Shown: positions 32,176 to 46,894 of the stretch, in pieces | How the letters are laid out: every line of letters begins with the position of its first letter | Numbering within the stretch: the stretch's first letter is position 1 | Source: Eledone cirrhosa | Lineage: Eukaryota | NCBI GenBank assembly: GCA_964016885.1 | Contig: OZ024760.1 | Span: 18,786,001 to 18,850,000 of the forward strand | Reading direction: 5' to 3' | Length of the DNA stretch: 64,000 nt | Notes under the pieces: generated by a model | What the model saw: the letters and a program-made list of their open reading frames with translations, nothing else | Told to the model about the DNA's origin: nothing | The model's database searches: none | Translations under genes and position numbers: made by a program

Positions 32176-32575
32176 TCACAGGTTCAGGCATTCACAAGTT
32201 AAATGTTCAGTTGTTTGAAAATCTGTTTGCTCATCGTCTAAACCGACGGAGGATCAATCATCATATTCATAAGAGAAAGAGAGAACTATATCTAGAATAT
32301 AAATATCTATGCATTATAATTCTGTGGCGGTGGATTGGCAGTATCAGTAGACGGTCTGACGCCATTCATCCTTACAGGGTCGATAAAATAAAGTACCAGT
32401 AATACACTGCGATAATTGATGGCCTTCTGCCAAAAGTAGAAGCAATTATAATTCTGTGGAAAACATTGTATCAGATAGACGAAGCCGTTGAAATATTTCC
32501 AGTAATTTCCAAAATTTTGAATCGTTTATATTGGCAGTCACCTTTCAGGTATATTGTAATTTCCAGTGAAGCATA

Positions 32576-32680
32576 ACACACACCACACACACACCACATA
32601 CACACCACACACACACCACACACACACCACATACACACCACACACACACACACACCACACACCACACACCACACACCACA

Positions 32681-32715
<35 letters not shown>

Positions 32716-32733
32716 ACACCACACCACACCACA

Positions 32734-32784
<51 letters not shown>

Positions 32785-32953
32785 ACACCACACCACACCA
32801 CACCACACCACACCCACACCCACACCCACACCACACCACACCCACACCCACACCACACACACACCACACACCACACACCACACCACACCACACCACACCA
32901 CACACCACACCACACCACACCACACCACACACACACCACACACATCACACACA
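32576..32953 (+). repeat. (CA)n/(CACAC)n microsatellite
   Basis: Direct. Confidence 0.95.
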
Positions 32954-33377
32954 CCGGCCTGCTGAACTCCAACCAACATGGGTTCCATAATGGAAGGGAC
33001 TGCCTAACGCAGCTCCTGCATCACTTTGACGATGTTTTGAGAGCCTTGGGAGAGGGCTCCACAATGATGTCATCTACCTTGACTTCAGCAAGGCCTTCGA
33101 CAGGGTTGAGCATAAGATTCTACTGAAAAAACTATCCAATGTTGGTGTCTCTGGAAGGTTACAACAGTGGATCAAGTGTTTCCTGACAGACAGAACCCAA
33201 CATGTTGTAGTCGAAGGAGTAAAATCAAGCCCTGCCAAAGTCAGCAGTGGCCTCCCACAAGGCGCTGTGTTGGGCCCACTTCTTTTCATCATCTACATTA
33301 ATGACATTACTGACATCATCAAGCACAGCAACATCAGAATCTTCACAGATGATTCCAAGCTCCAAAGGGTCATCAAT
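32954..33377 (+). mobile_element. CR1/L2-group LINE RT core fragment (frameshifted)
   Basis: [42 protein letters not shown]. Confidence 0.92.
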
Positions 33378-33386
33378 TATCTATGC

Positions 33387-33438
<52 letters not shown>

Positions 33439-33721
33439 CTATGCATATATATATACATACATTTATCTATGCATATATATATATATACATATATCTGTGC
33501 ATATATATATACATCTATCTATGTTTCTGAAGACAGCATATATATGTGAAGGTATGTATATTCCCTCTGATAGTTTGTATAAATATTGTACATAGATCTA
33601 TAGAATATGCATACCAATTCTAACACATATATGTCCTAGAAACGATCGTAAAATAATGAACTTTTTTTGTTTAATATAAGGAACTGTTTCTTTGTTTATT
33701 CATTATTTTTTTAATAATTTA

Positions 33722-33752
<31 letters not shown>

Positions 33753-33755
33753 TAC

Positions 33756-34143
33756 GTGAGTATGGGCGCCAGCGATTCTGCGGAGGTTACTGATCTTGTC
33801 GGCCTTTTCCTTCTTTTCTCTATCAAGGAAGAATTCCCCAACGTTGGCGGTAGTTTGTACCGTAATGATGGTCTTTTGACCATGACTAAGTGCGGCCCAC
33901 GTGCTTGCGACAGGTTCAGAAAAGAACTCACAGCCTTCTTTAAAGGCTTCAACCTCTCCATACAGGTTGAGGCCAACCTCTCGGTCGTTAATTACCTCGA
34001 CGTTACCCTCAATTTATCGAATGGCTTGCATTACTCGTATAGAAAGCCGAATGATACGCTTAATTACATAAGTAAGCATTCTAACCATCCTGCCAGCGGA
34101 ACCAAGAACCTGGTAAGAAACGTTTCATTGAGGCTTTCCCGTC
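33756..34143 (+). mobile_element. Second, divergent Penelope-like RT fragment (YRDD-type, possibly Naiad-like)
   Basis: [39 protein letters not shown]. Confidence 0.8.
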
Positions 34144-34368
34144 TATATATATATATATATATTGGGAGGGTCATGTTGCCAATATATATATTTCAGAAAC
34201 GAAATATATATATATATATATATAAATATTTGCTCCACGGTTCTTATATATTTGATATATATTTATCCTTATCGAGCCCTCTTTGGATTTTAGTCTTCAA
34301 ATTTATTATTATTACTATATATATATATATGTATATAAAAACACATATATATATATGCATATGTATAC

Positions 34369-34420
<52 letters not shown>

Positions 34421-34444
34421 TTCTCTCTCTCTCTTTCTCTCTCT

Positions 34445-34535
<91 letters not shown>

Positions 34536-35147
34536 ATATATATATCATATATCTATACACACACATACACATATATAGATATATGTACACACACACACAC
34601 ACATATAAATATATATATATACATATATATATGTATGTCTATATATATGTATAATAGAATTCCCATGATGCGTTTTATATGAAGATAAAACAATGTGATA
34701 GTTGTAAATTCAATAAGAGAGGCTCGGACATTAATTAATGAAAAGCCAAACGAACTTAAAGATAAAATTATGATTCTGTTTACCCAGTCATAAAAACCTC
34801 TCGATTTTATTAACGTTAGCGGTAAATTTATAGAAGAAAACTGAATTAGTTCTTCCCCTAAGGTGTCTTTAACACTGTAATGTGTAATATTACTTTGGTG
34901 AAGGTATAGGCTGCGTGGTTAAAGTGTTCGTTTCGCGAACCTTAGGTTTAAAGGTTCAGTCACACCGTACGGTGGCATTGCTTCTTAGGTAAATGTGCTA
35001 CCTCTACTACCAGGCGCATGGCTTAGTGGCATGGATTAATAGTGAGTGGGCGAGGGTGGAACGTTGTTTTGTACGAAACTGGATGTTAAAAAGAAGTATT
35101 TAGAACTAGATTATTCTATGTGACACTGCCGAGCCTAAATAAATGAA

Positions 35148-35398
35148 GTGAAGGCGCATGGCTTAGTGGTTAGTTAGAGCATTGGGCTTGCAATCGAAAG
35201 GTTGTGAGTTCAATTCTCAGACTGGGTGATGTATTGTTTGCTTGAACAAGACACTTTATTTCACATTGCTCCAGTTTATTCAGCTGTAGAAATGAGATGA
35301 TAGGACTGGGGTCCCTATCATTAAATCACACAAGACACCTCCGACGAGATATATCTTGGAGGAGGCCAGCTAAACTTGCATAGTGGTGAGCTGTCACA
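35148..35398 (+). mobile_element. tRNA-derived SINE family B, ending in (CA)n (also 51674-51919 and 57853-58097)
   Basis: gcatggcttagtggttag A-box, gagttcaattctc B-box, ttga.caagacactttatttcac core. Confidence 0.85.
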
Positions 35399-35706
35399 CA
35401 CACACACAAACACACACACAAACACAAACACAAACACAAACACACAAACCTCAGGGTTAAATGTTCAGTCTCACTGAATGGAGGCATTGTATCTTGGGCA
35501 AATGTACTCCCTCTACTACACAATCCAAGTTTGACCAATGTGTTGTGTATTGTGTGCAGAATTCGGTCTTTCCTCACTTTAAAAAATATCTTCACGCACA
35601 GGCATTGCACGATAGAATTAATTAATCATTAATAATAATGGTATAACGTGCAATGGCCATACTCGATAACGAGGGGCAGCCATCATCATCTCTGTGTATA
35701 TGTATG

Positions 35707-35737
<31 letters not shown>

Positions 35738-35875
35738 CTGTATATATGTATATATTGGATTTGTTTACTTACTAATATAAGTAAACAAATCCAATATCCC
35801 TGATGTCTTCCAAAAGTAACGGTTGCATTTTGAAAGGGTATGTCAATATTTATTTATAAAACTGGTATATATTGT

Positions 35876-35938
35876 ATTTTGTCTGATGAAAGCACACCAT
35901 AATTTAACATGGTATCCTTGAAATATATATAATAAAAT
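35876..35938 (+). ncRNA. Minimal hammerhead ribozyme
   Basis: ATTTTGT-CTGATGA-stem II (ACCAT/ATGGT core)-GAAA-TATATA-TA-ATAAAAT. Confidence 0.75.
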
Positions 35939-36660
35939 AGATATGGTTTTATAAATATAGTTTCCATTTGTTAATATCGTATATTTACTCCAAATACTTG
36001 TCGAGTGCTTTATATCAGTTATACAAATATTTGCTTGTTGTATCCCAACAATTTAAATAGAACTTTTACATATATACATATATATATATATTTTTTGACT
36101 AATTAAATTCTTTAGCCTGGCCTGATAGTGGGGTTTAGAACCCTCTGAGAAATGGAAAAAGATGAGTATTGACATATCATTGCACGAATAGGAAGTTCCA
36201 TTAATTGAATCATTGAAGCAACAGGTAGCATTCATCGCTGAAACCGACGATCACCCCCCAAAAAAACTACAATAAGGATCCTATGGTGCCGTGTAGTGTT
36301 TCGGATGTGTTGTGTGTCAGTCACGTTTTTCTTTGCTAAGTTATTTCGACGAGGGTTTATACGCTTATAACATAGTCTTCTTACCTAAACCAGGAAATTA
36401 GATTTCGTGATTATGTGTAGCTACTTCAGATATAGAATTGCCAATTCAATGATATACGATAGAGCAAAAATAGATGTAGAATTCCTGTGAACAATTGACA
36501 TAAAAAAATACTCAAACTGCGGTAAATGGTTATCTCCCGTTTTTTTTATTGTATACTCTCTAGAATTGAAGAACGAAAAATATATTTTCCTCTCGGGATA
36601 TATAAGGAATATATAATAAAGAAAGGTTATATATATATAATATAATATATATATATAAAA

Positions 36661-37692
<1,032 letters not shown>

Positions 37693-38172
37693 TTCAAGTA
37701 CAATTCAGTCCATTTAACGCAATTTCCTTTCCTTTAAGAATGGAGTAAGAAAACGCTCTCAGGCTCATCATCAATTCTTCTTTAACAATACTTCCGTATT
37801 TTTGTCAGATTTGTTTTTATCTCTGTGCTTAAAATTGCCTGAATTCATTGTTTTTTGCCTGCAAAGTTGCCTAGAATTTCCTCTACTTTTTAATCGATAT
37901 TGATATTAGCATTCATTGTGATTCAAAATAGAATAGTTTCCACTAACGTTAATCTATATACTTTAGGTATTTCAGCCATCAAACAAAAGCGATATACTTT
38001 TAACTGAGATATATATTTCTCCGTGGTTTGTTTGTCTTTGGTGTGGTGGGGCTGTTTCATTATATTATGTATAAATGGACATTAGGTAGAAAACTGTATG
38101 CATAATTGTATATTATGTGGAACATAGAATTGTATTTCGCTGGGGGGGTCTAATATACATACATATATGTAC

Positions 38173-38206
<34 letters not shown>

Positions 38207-38707
38207 ATTGTTTCTACTTTAGGCACAAGGCCAGCAATTACCCAGTGCATTACTGGTACTTTATTTTATCGACCCCGTAAGGATGAAAGGCAAAGTCAAC
38301 CTCGGCGGGATTTGAACTCAGATCGTAAAGGGACGTAACTATGCTGGAAAGCATGGCGTCCGACCCTCTACTGATACTGCCAATCCATATATAGTAATAA
38401 TAATAAATTGGAAGACTAAAATCCAAAGTGGGCTCGATAGGGATAAATATATATCAAATATATAAGAACCGTAGAGCAAATATTTATGAAAAAAACAGAT
38501 TAAAGTTTAAGCAAAGAATCGGTATATATGTATATATAAATACATATGTATATATATATATATATATGTATTAGAAAGTGAGGTTTTTTAACAAAATGAA
38601 AAATAACCGAGGTGTCCTACACGAGTGAAAGTATAAAGAAAAAAAGATGAAATCGAAAATGCAACTGGAGTCTTATTTTTTAAAAAAATATATATATTTA
38701 TTTGGTT

Positions 38708-38745
38708 CCTTTACCTGTTTCGCAGTTCTTCTGCTTTTCAAAAGT
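38708..38745 (-). ncRNA. Hammerhead, U3-A8 variant, slightly decayed paralog of 8714
   Basis: CTT-TTGAAAA-GCAG AAGAA CTGC-GAAA-CAGG-TA-AAG. Confidence 0.6.
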
Positions 38746-39617
38746 AGAGTTGAGATGGAGGGTCTGTGGTTTTTCTCACATCTGTGAAAACGGGAACAAA
38801 AACAGAGAGGCAGTACAAACAAAGGTTTATTTAGTTTCACGCTCTTAAGCAAACTATAACAATATACACACACACATACACACACATACACACACATACA
38901 CACATACATAAATACATAAATAAATAAATACACACCTCGGCGGGATTTGAACAGAGGTTAACTTTACCTTTCATCATAGAAGTCTAAATAATGCAAAATG
39001 GACTGTAAGATGAGGTAATGTAAAAGTTTCCTGGTAATTTTTGTTTTATTGTTGTTTTATCTGTCCAATATTTCGGGACCTGAAAGTCCCGCCAGCAGGG
39101 TTTAAGGATCCTTCAGTGGATAACGTTCCAATTTCCCCTTTGGAATAAAACTTCGCTTTCCACGTTAATGAGGTTAATTGCCAATATAGTATTACGCGAA
39201 ATCAATTTTCTTTGTTTATGAGGATTGACATAAAAAATACACTGAGTTGTTATCTATTATATATTTGCGCATACAAATAGATAAGAACTTAGTAGTTGCC
39301 CTAAACACACCAACAGACACATGACATATTGGACAGATAAAAGAACAACAACAAAACCAAGATTACCGGTAAACACGTACTTTCCGTTATCTAACAGTAG
39401 TTCTCTTCGGATCTTGGTCTTCACATTTATTATTATTACTATATGCTTCGACGCATAGAGTTACGGCCCTTGCCATTCTGAGTTCAAATCCCGCCGAGGT
39501 TAACTTTGCCTTTCATCCTTACGGGGTCGATAAAATAAAGTATCAGTAATGTACTGGGTAATTGCTGGCCTTGTGCCTAAAGAAGAAACAATTACTATAT
39601 ATATATATATATATATA

Positions 39618-39813
39618 TAGGAAAAAGTATGACCCCGACGGCAGAGCTCAAGCCGTTTCGACGGCTTTTTCTGGACCACCCAGAAATAGCCGTCGAAACG
39701 GCTTGAGTTCTGCCGTCGGGGTCATACCTTTTCCTATTACCCACTCTACTACCCTAAGTATTGAGTACTCTGGTGCGTTATGGTCCACCTGGTTCCTTAC
39801 CACAACTCCTTCG

Positions 39814-39815
<2 letters not shown>
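39618..39815 (+). mobile_element. Fold-back half-hammerhead element
   Basis: Inverted arms around tagccgtcGAAAcggc..gccgTCggggtc; same tail as the 8824 copy. Confidence 0.75.
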
Positions 39816-39871
<56 letters not shown>

Positions 39872-40402
39872 ATATACATGGTGGCTGCCAACTCGTTTTC
39901 GAGTACGGCCACTACTTTATATCCATGTAAGAGAACCACTACCGATGCGTTGAACAAGTGTGACTTTTTAGTCCAGCCAGCGACTTGAAAATTCTGGTAC
40001 AAACACTACACTTGTGACAATTATTGACACATAGTGCTGGGCCCATGGTACCATGTGCAAAGGCACTGCACAAAGCCAGTCCCACTCTCTTAACCAAGAT
40101 GATATTTACCAAAAAGAACAAGTCAACATCATTGGATACCATCAGGGTTGCAGGTGTTATATCAGAGTTTTCCTTCTCCTAGAATTCTCCCCCAACATGC
40201 CTTATGTCAATAATAGTTATCAGCACGCGCACACGCACACCGCACACGTACACCGCACACACTCTCTGTCTGTCTGTCTGTCTGTCTGTCTCTGTCTGTC
40301 TCTCTCTGTCTCTCTCTGTCTCTCTCTGTCTCCCTCTCTCTCGCTATGAATTCACCAAGCTTAAGCTTACAGATATCATGTGCTTGTCTCTTCCTATCTT
40401 TC

Positions 40403-40616
40403 CATTGCCAAACCATCTTTGTTTGTTTACATGTCTCGCTCGTTTCACCCTATTTCACTTGTCCCAATAACTTTATTTAGTTGTTGCTCACACCAACCAG
40501 AGGTATATGATTTTTAAAGCGATGAAATACCAATGAAAGTTGGAAGACCACTGATGAAGGACTAATTTTATTCATATGTAACCCATGTGCAACCGCGCAG
40601 CGCTCCATTTTTCTTA

Positions 40617-40648
<32 letters not shown>

Positions 40649-40694
40649 CTCTTTTACACTTTTACCCGTTCCAGCTGCCATGCTGGGGCACCGC

Positions 40695-40742
<48 letters not shown>

Positions 40743-41484
40743 ATATTTGGGGAAGGTCATATTGTTATAATATTGCCAGAAATAATAATAAAACACACTC
40801 ACTGTTTGGTTTGGATTGGTTTTCGCTTCTGTATATATATATATATATATACATATATTTATTAAAATAACAGATTAAAGTTTAAGCAAAGAATCGCTGC
40901 ATTCACCCTTAACGGGATCTTCAATTTTATTATTATTACTATATATACATATATTTTATTATTATTACTATATATACATATATATATATATACAGTATTT
41001 ACGTATCGAGGGAGAGAAAAAAAAGGGGAGGATAGGTGATACATATAGTTATTTTCCAAGTAGCGTATACCAAAGGTGCTCGATACTATTGCCAGCAGTA
41101 TTAAATATTGGAAGTGTTAATATTTAGTGGGCTAGAGAGTTAGCAGAGCGTAAGCACGTGGGAAAGTAAGAAATCGGAGAATACACCGTTAAAACATGTT
41201 TATTTAAAACAGCACCTACGTACGTTTCGCCCGGCTGGGCTTCTCAAGGGCATAAATAACCAAAAGTGTTCCTTACATTGCCATACCATCTTTGTTTGTT
41301 TACATGTATCGCTCGTTTCACCCTATTTCACTTGTCCCAATAACTTTATTTGTTGTTGCTCGCACCAACCAGAGGTATATGATTTTTAAAGCGATGAAAT
41401 ACCAATGAAAGTTGGAAGATCACTGATGAAGGACTAATTTTATTCATATGTAACCCATGTGCAACCATGCAGCGCTCCATTTTT

Positions 41485-41527
<43 letters not shown>

Positions 41528-41701
41528 TCTTTTACACTTTTACCCGTTCCAGCTATCCGGCTGAGGCCATGCTGGGGCACCGCCCTTATATATATACATA
41601 TATATATATATATAGTTATATTTGGGGAAGGTCATATTGTTATAATATTGCCAGAAATAAAAGTAAAACACACTCCCTGTTTGGTTTGGATTGGTTTTCG
41701 C

Positions 41702-41755
<54 letters not shown>

Positions 41756-42030
41756 TATTTACGTATCGAGAGAGAGAAAAAAAGGGGAGGATAGGTGATA
41801 CATATAGTTATTTGCCAAGTAGCGTATGCCAAAGGTGCTCGATACTAGTGCCGGCAGTATTAAATATTCGAAGTGTTAATATTTAGTGGGCTAGAGCGTA
41901 AGCACGTGGGAAAGTAAGAAATCGGAGAATACACCGTTAAAACATATTTATTTAAAACAGCACCTACGTACGTTTCGCCCGGCTGGGCTTCTCAAGGGCA
42001 TAAATAACCAAAAGTGTTCCTTACATTGCT
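40403..42030. repeat. Tandem duplication of a composite ~750-870-bp unit
   Basis: 40403-41275 vs 41276-42030; both contain a LINE tail, a pLTR-like stub and an HHR element. Confidence 0.85.
41212..41251 (-). ncRNA. Hammerhead, U3-A8 variant (identical copy 41960-41999)
   Basis: GCCC-TTGAGAA-GCCC AGCC GGGC-GAAA-CGTACG-TA-GGTGC. Confidence 0.7.
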
Positions 42031-42481
42031 CGGAAAGAGTTTTTGGGGTTAAATTCACGTCAAGGTTCATTGCTCGCAGAAATAGGTTGTTTTGATTTTG
42101 TAGCAGGTCAAGGGGGTTACCTCCCTTGACCTGCTACACATAATGACGTATTATCTTCGTTTTTTCAGTTCATTGCCAGAAAACGTTTCCATGAACCACC
42201 TAATAGAATATTAGTCTACGACTTCATTCATACCATAAACGTGGTTTTTTCTTTGCGTGTAATTGTTTTCACCGCTCCAAATAATGACGTATTATCTTCG
42301 TTTTGTCCCCGTTCTTTGCTAGGGAACATTTCCACGAACCAAAGTATCGTCTTCCTGTCTTTCTCCTGTTGTAACGTCTTTTGAAATATTTACTTCTGCG
42401 TTTACAGATTAACTTTTTTAGTTTCAGAAGATCCCGTTAAGGATGAAAGCACCGATTCTTTGCTTGAACTTTAATCTGTTA

Positions 42482-42534
<53 letters not shown>

Positions 42535-43084
42535 TGCAACATAATAAACGACTCGTGTCACGGGAACTTTAATATATTATTACGAAAATGAAATGTCCAT
42601 AAAATATACAATAAAATATAGTGGAAAATATTAGCGTAAAGAAAGGAACATTTTTCTATAGATTCTGCTGTAATAGAAGGCAGATGATTTTATAAGATGT
42701 ATATAAGAAATATCTTAAGAATCATAAATTAATTCAGTTTCAGAAAATACATTATTTTCAATATAATTTTAATAGAAAATTAGATTTATTGATTTTTGAA
42801 TAATCATTACGCGGCAAAAAATATTTGTATTATCTGAAACATTGTCCTTTTGTGTGTGGAATCTAATTAGTGAGACATCTTTTTTTACTGTTCATGCATT
42901 TTGGATAAGATTCTTAATTAACACGCAACACAAGTACAATTTTCTGTTAGCGCAGTTTATCTATCTACCTGTCTGTCTGTCCAGATATCTGTCTATCTAC
43001 CTATCTACCTATCTACCTACCTATCTAGCTATCTACCTATCTACCTATCTATCTACCTATCAATTGTTATTTGTTATTTTATTA

Positions 43085-43618
43085 ATAGTTTTATTTTCAT
43101 ATACCTGTATGTAAACTCCCCATTTGTATTTGTCCCCTTCTTTTGTGCCCTTGTGACTAATAAAGAAATTTATCTATCTACCTATCTATCTAAGGACAGA
43201 TGCCTTTCTCTCCGGACAACAATTGATTCCCTTCTTTAAGTATCACTTTAGAAGGAGAATCAGGGTGGAGAGAGAGGCACTGCACCCCAGTAAAATTACT
43301 GAAAGGTGGGTGAATGTGGGGAGAATGGCCCGAGTGATTGGGCCTTCTCTGTTTATAAGCCTGTAGGTTGAAGAAGAGAGCAAAAGGAAGAAAGAGCACT
43401 TGCACAACACGCTCCCGGAGCTGAGGGTTGTTCTATCGACGGGGTATTAAATAACCCATTTGTGGTGCCTCCCCCCTATTGAGTATTTCGATTGATGTAA
43501 TTGTTTGTTTTTATATTTTTTACACGACTGCATGTAAAATCCCCGGCATGTCTTTGTATTGTCCACTTTTCTTGTGCGCCCTTGTGGCTAATAAAGAAAT
43601 ATATCTATCTATCTATCT
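43085..43618 (+). mobile_element. Tx1/L1-like LINE 3' ends (two in tandem) in a (TATC)n tract
   Basis: FFKYHFRRRIRVERE..ERWVNV-like C-terminus; two ccttgtg.ctaataaagaaat ends, each followed by TATC repeats. Confidence 0.6.
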
Positions 43619-43650
43619 AGTCTTCAAATTTATTATTATTACTATTATTA

Positions 43651-46544
<2,894 letters not shown>

Positions 46545-46666
46545 AGAAGACAAAATAAAATAAGATAAACAAACAAGCAAACAAATAAATAAATATATAG
46601 ACGGACTGAACAAAAAAAATGGCGTAGACATACAACACAACAGGAGGAACAATGAATATAACACCA

Positions 46667-46694
46667 CTGACGATGTTGCAGATGTGCAACGAAA
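46667..46694 (+). ncRNA. Hammerhead-like core in the pLTR (also 24832-24859 and 50784-50811)
   Basis: CTGACGA-T-GTTGCA GATG TGCAAC-GAAA; stems I and III could not be closed cleanly. Confidence 0.5.
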
Positions 46695-46894
46695 GATTTA
46701 TGTAAACTATATATATATGTGTTTGTCTATATTGTATCTGTATTATTTTACTTTTGACCACCGGTCAGTCAATGGCAACATTGAGGACCGAGTAAGTTAG
46801 ATCGCAGATATATATATATAAAAGACAGCGAGAAGCGAAAACCAACCAAACAGTGAGTGTGTTCTGTTATTAATTCTGGCAATATTACGCAAAT

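Noticed and set aside
40551-40580. CTGATGA core (also ~41423) as a hammerhead
   Set aside because: No downstream stem II closure or GAAA found
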